A stretch of 64,000 bases of DNA from Obrimoposthia wandeli. Its lineage: Eukaryota. Positions 9,381 through 19,423 of the stretch are shown piece after piece (positions within the stretch are counted from its first letter, which is position 1; every line of letters starts with the position of its first letter). The DNA lies in NCBI GenBank assembly GCA_977020255.1, contig CDROCS010000506.1:1860001-1924000 (forward strand). The letters are read 5' to 3'. The notes beneath the pieces were generated by a model. It did not search any database. It was not told where the DNA came from and saw only the letters and a program-made list of their open reading frames with translations. The position numbers and the translations under genes were made by a program.

Positions 9381-11546
9381 GTGGAGCAAAATAACGAGAC
9401 GCATAGCGGACTCCAACAAGGAGCCCAAGATGAAATAGATTTAACGCATTTAGTTAATATTATTAGCCGTGCGTTTTTACGTATCTGCGTGATCACGACG
9501 CTTATTGCTATCATTGCGGCCATATTCATTGCCGATTTACCTCCGATTTATAAAGCCAGTACCGTACTGCAATTACAAATACAGCAAGCGAAGCCAATTG
9601 CGATCCAAGGCGTATTACAAAACGACATAAACAATAAAGATTACTTTCAAACGCAAATAGAGATTTTACGTTCTGATTTAATCACCGAAAAAGTCATTAA
9701 CAAATTACAGCTATCTCAACACCTCTATTACACACAGAACAAGCCTCTCACTAAATTCGCCGAGATCATCAACAACATAAAAAAAACACTATCAAAGGAT
9801 ACTGCGCCAGTACCAGTAATTAACCCACATGCTTTTATTGCTCAGATAAAATCTGCAGTCCAGGTCAGTTTAATTAAAAACACCCCATTACTCACCATCA
9901 GTTATGAACACTACTCTCCTGAGTTAGCGGCCTTAATTGCTAATACCTATGCAGATGTATATATCCAACATAATCGTGATTTTAGAGTCCAGCAAACAAT
10001 AACAGCCTCGCTTTGGCTTAAAGAAGGCGTGCAAGCACTCAAAGATAACCTCAATTTAGCGGAAAGTAATCTCACTGCTTTTCTGCAGCAAGAAAACTTA
10101 ATTAATGACAGCGGTATTAATAATTTCACCACCACAGAATTACAGATCCTCACCACAAAATTAAATGTAATCCGTAGTGAGTTAATTAGCGCGCAAACCT
10201 TATATCGACAAATAAATCAGGCTGAAAATTTAGACCTACTCACATCAACATCAATCAAAGCTCTTTCCAATCAAACTGTTATCGTTGAGTTGAGAAATAA
10301 TTATACTCGAGTGAAAAATAATATAGCCGAATTATCAAAACGCTACGGCCCACTTCATGACAAAATGATCCACGCAACTGCACAACTCAGTGTCATCGAA
10401 GATAATGCTAAAAAAGAGCTACAACAACTCTCTCTCGGTTTTAAAAAAAGCATCACCCTGCTTGAACAAAATGAATCTGCAGTCATCGCCGCATTACAAA
10501 CAAAAAAAACCGAGCATCGCACCCTGATTAAACAGAAAGCACGTTATAAAGAGCTCAATCGAGAACTCACCTCAAGTAACGAATTATATAATATGTTCTT
10601 GATGCGATTAAAAGAGACCAATCTAACCAATGATCTTAATCTATCAACGGTCACCATTACCGACAGAGCCAAAATACCGCGATCTCCTTTCAAACCGAAA
10701 CGTGCATTGATATTAGTACTGGTGATCTTGCTGACACTGATGCTGTTAGTGGCACATGCGTTACTCAGTGCATTATTCTTTGTCAATCAAGACAATGTGA
10801 AAAACCTAGCAGTGCCATTATTAGGTACACTACCTAATTTTAAAGCCATTAATAAAAAATTTGAGCAACACTCCCCACAAAAGTTATTCCAGACCAACAA
10901 TGTGATTTTTGAAGCCACACAAAGTTTACGTACATCACTGCAACTATCAGGAGTAACCAAGAAACAGCAAGTCATCATGGTTACGTCCAGTACTGTCGCT
11001 GAAGGAAAAAGCACATCTGCAATTTATCTCGCGATGGCATTAGCTCAATCCCATAAAGTCATTATTTTAGAAGCGGATATGCGAAAGCCATCGGTAAGAA
11101 AAAAAATGGGGATCCCGAACATGCAACGGGGACTTGTCGATATTCTGACTAAAAGTGGTAATTTAAACAGTTATATCTGGCATGATCAGCATTCAAACCT
11201 CGCGGTACTATCAGCGGGCGAACTTACAGATAGCCCGTCTAACTTACTTATTTCCAAACGTTTCTCAAGCTGCCTTGCGATTTTAAGGTCACAGTATGAT
11301 TATATTATTATCGATTCTCCACCAAGCTTGCTTGTTAGTGATGCGCTTATTATTGGTCAACACTCTGATTTTAATATTTTAGTTACCCGTTCAAACAAAT
11401 CTAAAATGAGCGAGCTCAACGGCACTATCGAATTACTGGCAAAACATGGCGTCAGTACCAATGGCATTATCTTAAACCAAGAACCTTTAAAGAATGATAA
11501 GCGCTATCAATACTATTATAAAAGGGAGGCTGCGCTGGCTTCATAG
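9381..11546 (+). CDS. Polysaccharide co-polymerase / bacterial tyrosine kinase (Wzc/GumC/VpsO-like)
   Basis: DEIDL + TM1, periplasmic coiled coils, A..P..P.KP before TM2, Walker A (SSTVAEGKST), A' (EADMRKP), B (IIIDSPP), C-terminal Tyr cluster RYQYYY; GTG start. Confidence 0.92.
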   Translation: MEQNNETHSGLQQGAQDEIDLTHLVNIISRAFLRICVITTLIAIIAAIFIADLPPIYKASTVLQLQIQQAKPIAIQGVLQNDINNKDYFQTQIEILRSDLITEKVINKLQLSQHLYYTQNKPLTKFAEIINNIKKTLSKDTAPVPVINPHAFIAQIKSAVQVSLIKNTPLLTISYEHYSPELAALIANTYADVYIQHNRDFRVQQTITASLWLKEGVQALKDNLNLAESNLTAFLQQENLINDSGINNFTTTELQILTTKLNVIRSELISAQTLYRQINQAENLDLLTSTSIKALSNQTVIVELRNNYTRVKNNIAELSKRYGPLHDKMIHATAQLSVIEDNAKKELQQLSLGFKKSITLLEQNESAVIAALQTKKTEHRTLIKQKARYKELNRELTSSNELYNMFLMRLKETNLTNDLNLSTVTITDRAKIPRSPFKPKRALILVLVILLTLMLLVAHALLSALFFVNQDNVKNLAVPLLGTLPNFKAINKKFEQHSPQKLFQTNNVIFEATQSLRTSLQLSGVTKKQQVIMVTSSTVAEGKSTSAIYLAMALAQSHKVIILEADMRKPSVRKKMGIPNMQRGLVDILTKSGNLNSYIWHDQHSNLAVLSAGELTDSPSNLLISKRFSSCLAILRSQYDYIIIDSPPSLLVSDALIIGQHSDFNILVTRSNKSKMSELNGTIELLAKHGVSTNGIILNQEPLKNDKRYQYYYKREAALAS

Positions 11547-11548
11547 CC

Positions 11549-12748
11549 GTGCTTAACCTTATGCTTATATTACGTTGCCTGCTATTTATCCTCTGCTCTG
11601 CGCCATTTTATCTACTGGCAGACTCTTCATCTGCTTACGACTCTGATTTAGGGATTGAAATTACACCGAGCCTAGCGATCAATTACAAACACGACGACAA
11701 CATAGCCAATGTCAGTAGTAACAAAACAGCCTCTAATTTAATTGAAATAATGCCTGCATTACGCATTGAAGGACAAAAATACAATAACCAATTAACACTC
11801 AATTACGCAGCCAAAAAAAATCTATATAGCGAAAGTGAAAGCAGTAATTTCACTGACCATAAATTACAAGCTGGTATCAGCCGCGCCATGAATAAACGGC
11901 ATACGTTGGCATTGTTATATCAGTTTGACCAAGGCCACGATGCTCCCAACACAGGGGTCTCAGAAGGTGACATTCGAATCGCTGAATCTGCTGTTTTTTA
12001 TACTCAAGCTATCGATCTTAACTATCGCTACGGCAGTCAATCCGCCACTGTAACGCTAGCGCCCAGAGTCAGCTTTAATAACAAGCGCTACGATGAGGAC
12101 AATAGTAATTACACAACGGCTGCAGATTTCAATGAATACGATTACGGCCTTGCCATTTATTATCGCCTTGCCGCCAGTGTTAACTTGTTAGTCGACATGA
12201 GTCATATCACCACAAATTATCAAGACACTGGCAATGCTAAAGACAGCACTCAAGGCAGCGATAATTACCTCGTTTATAGCGGCATAAACTGGGATATCAC
12301 AGGAAAAACACAAGGCGTAATAAAACTGGGTTATGAAAAAATAAATTTCGCCGATAATAGCCGTACAGCGCAAGCGGATCCAAGCTGGGATGTTGGTATT
12401 CGCTGGTCACCAAAAACCTATTCCACCATCAATATCAGCGCCAGTCAAAAAATACGCAATGCAGTCACAGGTACTGACAGTATTGAAACCAATCATCAAT
12501 CCATCAACTGGCAACACAGCTGGCGTTATAATTTATCCAGTTCATTGGCTTACATTCACCTTGATGAGGTATACCAGCAGAGCGAACGTAGTGACAATAG
12601 TCACCAGCTTACTATGGCATTGGATTATCAATTTCGCCGCTGGTTAACATTCGGATTAAGTTATGACTACCAAAATAAATCATCGTCAGATTCACGACTC
12701 GCTTATGATAAAAGCATCTACGGTCTAACCAGTAATTTGGTCTTCTAG
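11549..12748 (+). CDS. Outer-membrane beta-barrel for polysaccharide export (VpsM/EpsX-like)
   Basis: Signal peptide, Y.HDDNI motif, amphipathic beta strands, W.PKTYS and Y.FRRWL motifs, terminal Phe; between the PCP and OPX genes. Confidence 0.75.
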   Translation: MLNLMLILRCLLFILCSAPFYLLADSSSAYDSDLGIEITPSLAINYKHDDNIANVSSNKTASNLIEIMPALRIEGQKYNNQLTLNYAAKKNLYSESESSNFTDHKLQAGISRAMNKRHTLALLYQFDQGHDAPNTGVSEGDIRIAESAVFYTQAIDLNYRYGSQSATVTLAPRVSFNNKRYDEDNSNYTTAADFNEYDYGLAIYYRLAASVNLLVDMSHITTNYQDTGNAKDSTQGSDNYLVYSGINWDITGKTQGVIKLGYEKINFADNSRTAQADPSWDVGIRWSPKTYSTINISASQKIRNAVTGTDSIETNHQSINWQHSWRYNLSSSLAYIHLDEVYQQSERSDNSHQLTMALDYQFRRWLTFGLSYDYQNKSSSDSRLAYDKSIYGLTSNLVF

Positions 12749-12772
12749 ATGATTAATATGAAAGGACACACC

Positions 12773-13327
12773 ATGTTTAATCCCACTCTGTGGCGACTCT
12801 GTTTATCACGATCTTGTTTATTACTATCCTGTTTATTACTATCAACATCAGCGATTGCGCACCAGAAGCATCACAACTACACAGTTGGCGCCGGCGATAA
12901 AATCGCGATTGATGTCTATGGTGAAACAGACCTGAGTTTTAACGTTATGATTGATTCTTCTGGCAGTATTGATTATCCCTACCTTGGTGAAATCGCCATT
13001 GTAGGTTTAACACCGGGCGAAATAAAACAAAAAATATATAGCGGTTTAAAAGGATCTTATCTCATCTCACCTAAAGTAATGGTCAGTATCGCCACATTCC
13101 GTCAATTTTATATTAAAGGCGAAGTAAAGCGCCCTGGAGGATATCCTTTTCGTCCCGGCTTAACCGTTGATAAAGCCATTGCACTTGCAGGAGGGTTCAC
13201 TGAACGCGCAGCAAAACAGTCCATAATGCGTTCGACGAATAGCGATCTCAGCAAAACACAAAGCGTCAACATAGATGATCATATCTCTCCCGACGATATT
13301 CTTAATATTGCCGAGAGTTTCTTCTAA
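12773..13327 (+). CDS. Short periplasmic OPX polysaccharide export protein (VpsN/EpsY-like)
   Basis: Poly_export motif Y..G.GD.I.I.VYGE.DLS...G.I.YPYLG, one SLBB domain (GEVKRPGGY...TV..AIALAGGF), ends ESFF with no C-terminal outer-membrane helix. Start moved to ATG 12773 (AAGGA SD). Confidence 0.9.
   Translation: MFNPTLWRLCLSRSCLLLSCLLLSTSAIAHQKHHNYTVGAGDKIAIDVYGETDLSFNVMIDSSGSIDYPYLGEIAIVGLTPGEIKQKIYSGLKGSYLISPKVMVSIATFRQFYIKGEVKRPGGYPFRPGLTVDKAIALAGGFTERAAKQSIMRSTNSDLSKTQSVNIDDHISPDDILNIAESFF
12799..12843 (+). repeat. Three imperfect 15-bp tandem repeats in the OPX signal peptide
   Basis: ctgtttatcacgatc / ttgtttattactatc / ctgtttattactatc. Confidence 0.8.
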
Positions 13328-13391
13328 AGTAATGCCTAACAAGTTCGAGTATGCGATACTGACTGATTATTTTATGTAGTGTGAGTTATGT

Positions 13392-16250
13392 ATGGATCAA
13401 ATCATTGTTCGGGGCGCACGCACCCATAACCTTAAAGATATCAATGTTGAACTACCGCGCGATAAGCTAATTGTTATCACAGGGTTATCTGGTTCTGGCA
13501 AGTCGTCATTAGCATTTGATACGCTTTATGCAGAAGGTCAGCGTCGTTATGTGGAATCACTTTCGGCCTATGCTAGACAATTCCTGTCCTTGATGGAAAA
13601 ACCCGATGTCGATCATATCGAGGGGCTCTCTCCGGCGATCTCTATCGAGCAAAAATCAACATCGCATAACCCACGCTCTACAGTTGGTACAATCACCGAA
13701 ATCTATGATTACCTGCGTCTGTTATTCGCGCGTGTCGGCGAACCACGTTGCCCGACTCATAATGCCCCTTTAGCAGCACAGACGATCACGCAAATGGTTG
13801 ATCACGTGTTGGCATTAGAAACCGGCCGTAAATTAATGTTATTAGCGCCGATCGTGAAAGAACGTAAAGGCGAACATGTTAAAACGCTCGCTAGCTTAGC
13901 CAGTCAAGGTTATATCCGCGCACGTATCGACGGTGAAGTGTGTGATCTTTCCGATCCACCGGCATTAGACCTACATAAAAAACATACCATTGAAGTCGTT
14001 ATCGATCGCTTTAAAGTTCGAGATGACCTGCAACTGCGCCTGTCGGAATCCTTTGAAACCGCACTAAACATGTCTGGCGGTACGGCTTATATTACCGATA
14101 TGGATGATAACGATGCAGCACCTATCGTATTTTCGGCTAACTTCGCCTGCCCTCAATGTGGTTATAGCATGGCAGAACTTGAACCTAGAGTGTTCTCGTT
14201 TAACAATCCAGCTGGTGCTTGCCATACGTGTGATGGCCTAGGCGTACAGCAATATTTTGATCACGACCGCATTATTATCAATGCCGACTTGAGTCTATCT
14301 GGTGGCGCGATCCGTGGTTGGGATAAACGTAATTTTTATTACTTCCAAATGCTGACTTCATTAGCTAAGCATTATAAGTTTGATCTCACCAAGCCGTTTA
14401 ATTCATTAACCAGCGAAGTACAAGATTACATTCTGCAAGGCAGTGGCGAGCAAGAAATTGAATTTAACTACGTCAATGATCGCGGCGATATTGTTGTCCG
14501 TCGCCACGCGTTCGAAGGCATAATTCCGAATATGCAGCGCCGCTATAAAGAAACGGAATCGAATGCAGTACGTGAAGAACTAGGTAAATACTTAACCACT
14601 AAATCCTGCGAGACCTGTTCCGGTTCACGTTTGCGCCAAGAAGCACGCCACGTATATATCCAAGAAACCACATTGCCGGAAGTATCACGCATGGCCATAG
14701 GTGAAGCATTTGATTTCTTTGCCGGTATGGAACTGCCTGGTCAAAAAGGTCAAATCGCAGAAAAGATCCTCAAAGAAATTGGCGATCGTCTGGGATTCTT
14801 AGTTAATGTCGGGCTTAATTATTTAAGTCTAGAACGCAGCGCAGATACCTTATCTGGTGGTGAAGCACAAAGGATCCGTCTGGCGAGTCAAATCGGTGCA
14901 GGTTTGGTTGGCGTGATGTATGTACTCGACGAACCGTCGATCGGTTTACATCAACGTGATAACGAACGCTTGCTACAAACATTGATCCATTTACGCGATC
15001 TTGGTAATACCGTGATTGTTGTAGAGCACGATGAAGATGCGATCCGCGCAGCTGATTACGTACTGGATATTGGCCCGGGTGCTGGTGTGCATGGTGGTGA
15101 GATCGTCGCACGCGGTAATGTCGATGATATCTTAAAATGTGAAAACTCACTGACAGCTGATTACCTCAGTGGCCGTAAAGCCATAGAGATCCCAGCGCAA
15201 CGCACACCGTTAACCGATAAATGGGTTCATCTTAAAGGTGCCACAGGTAACAACCTTAAAAATGTTGATCTTTCGGTACCCGTTGGCGTGATGACTTGTG
15301 TTACGGGTGTATCAGGTTCAGGTAAATCAACCTTGATCAATGATACTTTCTTTAAGATCGCCCATATTGAATTAAATGGCGCAACTGTAACGACACCTGC
15401 GCCTTATGCTTCAATAGAAGGACTGGATCAACTGGATAAAGTCGTCGATATTGATCAAAGCCCTATTGGTCGTACACCACGTTCGAATCCAGCTACTTAT
15501 ACCGGGATCTTCACTGCTATTCGTGAAATTTTTGCCGGTACGCAAGAATCCCGCTCGCGTGGTTATAAACCTGGTCGCTTTAGCTTTAACGTTAAAGGCG
15601 GTCGTTGTGAAGCCTGCCAAGGTGATGGTTTAATCAAAGTAGAAATGCATTTCTTACCGGATGTTTATGTACCTTGCGATAGCTGTAAGAGCCAACGCTA
15701 TAACCGTGAAACATTAGAAGTACGTTACAAAGGTAAAAATATTCACGAAGTATTGGATATGACAGTTGAAGAGGCTAATACCTTCTTTGCACCGATCCCG
15801 CCTATTGCCCGTAAATTACAAACCTTAATGGATGTTGGTCTGTCTTATATACGCTTAGGTCAATCAGCAACAACCTTGTCTGGTGGTGAAGCACAACGCG
15901 TGAAACTGGCTAAAGAGTTATCCAAACGCGATACCGGCCAAACTCTGTATATCTTGGATGAACCTACTACAGGTTTACATTTCCATGATATTAAATTATT
16001 AATGAAAGTATTACACCGCCTACGCGACCATGGTAATACAATCGTTATTATTGAGCATAACCTTGATGTAGTGAAAACTGCCGATTGGGTTATCGATTTG
16101 GGTCCAGAAGGCGGTAGTGGTGGCGGTGAAATTCTTGTCGCTGGTACACCTGAAACGGTTTCAGAACACCCAGATAGCCATACTGCACGTTTCTTAAAAC
16201 CTATGTTAGCACGTGCAAGACAATTACAACTGAATAACCAAGAGTCATAG
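13392..16250 (+). CDS. uvrA: Excinuclease ABC subunit A
   Basis: GARTHNLK...[15 protein letters not shown], two ABC ATPase modules, zinc fingers, 952 aa. Confidence 0.99.
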   Translation: MDQIIVRGARTHNLKDINVELPRDKLIVITGLSGSGKSSLAFDTLYAEGQRRYVESLSAYARQFLSLMEKPDVDHIEGLSPAISIEQKSTSHNPRSTVGTITEIYDYLRLLFARVGEPRCPTHNAPLAAQTITQMVDHVLALETGRKLMLLAPIVKERKGEHVKTLASLASQGYIRARIDGEVCDLSDPPALDLHKKHTIEVVIDRFKVRDDLQLRLSESFETALNMSGGTAYITDMDDNDAAPIVFSANFACPQCGYSMAELEPRVFSFNNPAGACHTCDGLGVQQYFDHDRIIINADLSLSGGAIRGWDKRNFYYFQMLTSLAKHYKFDLTKPFNSLTSEVQDYILQGSGEQEIEFNYVNDRGDIVVRRHAFEGIIPNMQRRYKETESNAVREELGKYLTTKSCETCSGSRLRQEARHVYIQETTLPEVSRMAIGEAFDFFAGMELPGQKGQIAEKILKEIGDRLGFLVNVGLNYLSLERSADTLSGGEAQRIRLASQIGAGLVGVMYVLDEPSIGLHQRDNERLLQTLIHLRDLGNTVIVVEHDEDAIRAADYVLDIGPGAGVHGGEIVARGNVDDILKCENSLTADYLSGRKAIEIPAQRTPLTDKWVHLKGATGNNLKNVDLSVPVGVMTCVTGVSGSGKSTLINDTFFKIAHIELNGATVTTPAPYASIEGLDQLDKVVDIDQSPIGRTPRSNPATYTGIFTAIREIFAGTQESRSRGYKPGRFSFNVKGGRCEACQGDGLIKVEMHFLPDVYVPCDSCKSQRYNRETLEVRYKGKNIHEVLDMTVEEANTFFAPIPPIARKLQTLMDVGLSYIRLGQSATTLSGGEAQRVKLAKELSKRDTGQTLYILDEPTTGLHFHDIKLLMKVLHRLRDHGNTIVIIEHNLDVVKTADWVIDLGPEGGSGGGEILVAGTPETVSEHPDSHTARFLKPMLARARQLQLNNQES

Positions 16251-16251
16251 T

Positions 16252-17961
16252 ATGAACTTAACAACATTGAAAAAAGGATTTTTCATTACGTTTGCCGCCT
16301 ATATGCTGATCGGGATGCATTATTTTCAGCATAATGGTGGCGGCTCTGGTCTACACTTGCCATTTAATGCCATAGGTTGGATATTTATTTCTACCTTAAT
16401 CGGCATCGGTCTATGGCAAGCGACATTACAAGCTAAGCTGGTTTATTCACGTCTCAGCTTAATGTTCATCGCTGCCACGCTGGTCATGTTAATACCGGTA
16501 TTATATGCGGACCCAATCGTCGCGGGACTTAGCTATACGCGATTATTCGGTTTAGTCGGTGGTTTACTGTTTTTTATTGCCTTGCAACAACTGCAGCTTA
16601 ATCAACAGCAACGCTTGATGTTATTGTATCTCATCTTAGGTGCAGTCTTTGTCGAAGCGCTATTTAGCCTAGTGCAGTATTATCTGTTACCCGTCAATAA
16701 TACGGTTGGTTATCAAAAAATAGCCAATCGCCCCTATGGTATTTTTCAACAACCGAATGTGTCGGCATCATTTTTAACTACCGGTATTGCACTCGCTTTA
16801 TACCTGCTGACACAAACCAAGTTAGATGAAAAAGGTAAACGGTTATTTTGTTACGTCACCACCTTTATGGCTGTGATCCCGGTGATATTACTGCAATCAC
16901 GTACTGGTTATTTGTCATTATTAATTGCCCCGCTGATGTTACTACCTTGGGTGTGGCTGCAATTACGCGAATCTGAACAAACAAAAAGTCTGTTTGTATG
17001 GCTAGTGTGTGGCGTTATTGCTGTTGCAATTGGTGCTTACTCACTCGAAACGGCAGATAAAGTAGCGCGTTCGGCCGCCGCTCTGACTGATCCGGGGGCG
17101 CGAGTGCCAATCTATTTGCATGGTTTTAACATGTGGTTAGAAAAGCCATTATTAGGTTGGGGCTACGGCAGTTTTGAAGTTGCTTACCTCAACTCCTATG
17201 GCGAAGCATTAAGCCAAGGCTTAGCCTTACCCGGCTCTCCAGAAAATCTAGACCATCCACACAATGAACTCATCTATTGGGGTATTGAAGGCGGCCTTGT
17301 GGCATTGGCGGGGATCGCCTTATTGGTTATTGGCTTCCTGCGTATTATCGTCAAGCAAACTATCTGGCAAGGTTTGGCATTATTAGGATTGGTGTTCCCA
17401 CTGGTATTACACAGCCAAACTGAATACCCGTTTTATCATGCCATCGTACATTGGGTCGTCTTTTTAACCTTGGTTTGGTATATCGGCAGTCGTTATGGCA
17501 ATACCAAAAGCATCGCGTTCAACTACACGTTTTTATTACGTACTTTAGCGCTATTGATTCCACTGGTTACAGCCGTATTTATGGTAACTACGCTACATAC
17601 CAATAAGCTGCTAACGCAATACGAGCGTAGTGATCGCAGTGATATAACGCCATTAACAAAAGTTGTTAATCCAGTGGCTTGGATCACTCGGTTAGAGTTC
17701 AACGCCATGATGTATCGTTTACAAATTGCCATTTACAACAATGACATCGCTGAGCTGAATAACTACATAGATTGGGCGAGTGAAATCAGTCAGCAAACAC
17801 CAAGAGCCAATATCTATATTAACTGGGTGCGTGTATTAACCAAGCTAGGGAAAAATGAAGAGGCAAAGTTGTTAATGCAACGCACTGCGCTACTTTATCC
17901 TAGTAATAAATTGGTCCAACGTTTTGCTGCGAGTCAGGCTGATAGCACTCAGCCTCAATAG
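16252..17961 (+). CDS. pglL: PglL-family O-oligosaccharyltransferase (PglL_A + Wzy_C + C-terminal domain)
   Basis: HNGGGSGLHLPFN N-terminal motif, RPYGIFQQPNV, QSRTG, W.EKPLLGWGYG.F, HPHNE, LHSQTEYPF; 569 aa and multi-TM. Confidence 0.85.
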   Translation: MNLTTLKKGFFITFAAYMLIGMHYFQHNGGGSGLHLPFNAIGWIFISTLIGIGLWQATLQAKLVYSRLSLMFIAATLVMLIPVLYADPIVAGLSYTRLFGLVGGLLFFIALQQLQLNQQQRLMLLYLILGAVFVEALFSLVQYYLLPVNNTVGYQKIANRPYGIFQQPNVSASFLTTGIALALYLLTQTKLDEKGKRLFCYVTTFMAVIPVILLQSRTGYLSLLIAPLMLLPWVWLQLRESEQTKSLFVWLVCGVIAVAIGAYSLETADKVARSAAALTDPGARVPIYLHGFNMWLEKPLLGWGYGSFEVAYLNSYGEALSQGLALPGSPENLDHPHNELIYWGIEGGLVALAGIALLVIGFLRIIVKQTIWQGLALLGLVFPLVLHSQTEYPFYHAIVHWVVFLTLVWYIGSRYGNTKSIAFNYTFLLRTLALLIPLVTAVFMVTTLHTNKLLTQYERSDRSDITPLTKVVNPVAWITRLEFNAMMYRLQIAIYNNDIAELNNYIDWASEISQQTPRANIYINWVRVLTKLGKNEEAKLLMQRTALLYPSNKLVQRFAASQADSTQPQ

Positions 17962-18005
17962 GTTATCAATTTCAATAAGTAATCAATCTAGGTTAACTAA
18001 AACTA

Positions 18006-18040
18006 AAAAGCCCCGATCATGATAAATGATCGGGGCTTTT
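18006..18040. terminator. Bidirectional intrinsic terminator between pglL and the aminotransferase
   Basis: AAAAGCCCCGATCAT-gataa-ATGATCGGGGCTTTT, perfect 15-bp inverted repeat. Confidence 0.85.
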
Positions 18041-18111
18041 ATGTATTAAAGCGTTAATTTAAAAAGTCTTTAATTTAAGACTACTTTAATCCAACGTTGC
18101 TTTTAGTTCTA

Positions 18112-19230
18112 TTAATTCAACGTTTCTTCTAGCGCGCGTAAACACAAAGCAACATTAGCAGGACGTGCAGCATAACCCATCAAACCAATACGCCATGCTT
18201 TGCCAGCAAATGCACCCAAACCAGCACCAATCTCAAGATTATAAGTTTGTAGTAGCTGATTACGCACTGCCGCATCATCCACACCGTCAGGAATAACCAC
18301 GGTATTTAGTTGTGGTAAACGACAGGCTTCATCAACGATAAACTCAATACCCAGTTTTTCCAAGCCAGCACGCAGTGCTAAATGTTGCTCGGCATGACGT
18401 GCCCATGCATTTTCCAAACCTTCAGTCTGTAATTGCACTAAAGATTCGTGTAATGCATACAGAGTATTCACTGGTGCAGTATGGTGATAGCTACGTTTAC
18501 CTTCACCAGACCAATAACTCATGACTAATGTTTGGTCCAAGAACCAGCTTTGCACTGGTACTGTGCGGCTTTTAATTCTTTCAACCGCTGCAGCGCTAAA
18601 GCTCACCGGAGAAATACCCGGTACACACGATAAACATTTCTGCGTACCAGAATAAATAGCATCAATACCCCAGTCATCAACATACAGTGGTACACCACCA
18701 AGTGACGTCACAGCATCAACAATAGATAAACAGCCGTGCTCTTTTGCTAGTGCGCAAAGCGTCTTCGCATCAGACAATACACCCGTCGATGTTTCAGCAT
18801 GGACAAAGGCGACAATCTTCGCATCTGGGTGCGCTTTTAGTGCCGCTTCAAGTTTTTCAGGATCAACAGGTTTACCCCATTCATCTTCAATCTTAACGAG
18901 TTCGCCACCAGAGCGGGTGACGTTTTCAGCCATACGGCCGCCAAACACACCGTTAATACAAACAATCACTTTATCGCCGGGCTCAATTAAGTTCACAAAG
19001 CATGTTTCCATACCAGCAGAACCCGGTGCAGAAACAGCCATGGTACAAGGGTTTTTAGTTTGAAATGCATATTGCAGCAGTTCTTTGACTTCATCCATCA
19101 TCTGTACAAATGTTGGATCAAGATGACCAACAGTCGGACGACTTAACGCTTGTAATACATTAGGATAAACATCTGAAGGACCAGGTCCCATCAAAGTACG
19201 TTGTGGGGGGTAAAAAGAGGTAATGCTCAT
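18112..19230 (-). CDS. Alanine-glyoxylate / serine-pyruvate aminotransferase (class V PLP enzyme)
   Basis: RTLMGPGPS, HAETSTG, VDAVTSLGG, SGTQK (PLP lysine), YHHTAP, WRIGLMG. Confidence 0.92.
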   Translation of the reverse strand: MSITSFYPPQRTLMGPGPSDVYPNVLQALSRPTVGHLDPTFVQMMDEVKELLQYAFQTKNPCTMAVSAPGSAGMETCFVNLIEPGDKVIVCINGVFGGRMAENVTRSGGELVKIEDEWGKPVDPEKLEAALKAHPDAKIVAFVHAETSTGVLSDAKTLCALAKEHGCLSIVDAVTSLGGVPLYVDDWGIDAIYSGTQKCLSCVPGISPVSFSAAAVERIKSRTVPVQSWFLDQTLVMSYWSGEGKRSYHHTAPVNTLYALHESLVQLQTEGLENAWARHAEQHLALRAGLEKLGIEFIVDEACRLPQLNTVVIPDGVDDAAVRNQLLQTYNLEIGAGLGAFAGKAWRIGLMGYAARPANVALCLRALEETLN

Positions 19231-19423
19231 TCAATTTCCTTGTCATTTATGAGAACACAGATCAGCAGTAGCACCTTTCAATAGTGCTATCTTCATTCAA
19301 CGTTCTAAACTATCTGTAAGCTTATTTAACTATTAAGATAGATTAATTTACCACTGCAACGACGTATTGCAAACAACAAAGCAAAGTTTTGTTTACAAAA
19401 AAGCAACAAGCCATCGTTATTTA

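Noticed and set aside
7975-13391. Possible genomic island or mobile element around the regulator-EPS block
   Set aside because: No integrase, transposase, tRNA target or flanking direct repeats seen; accessory status is inferred from synteny only.
19231-19423. Possible glycine riboswitch upstream of the aminotransferase
   Set aside because: Only a short TAGCAC/GTGCTA hairpin is present; the GGAGA, CCGAAG and CUCUCAGG motifs are absent.
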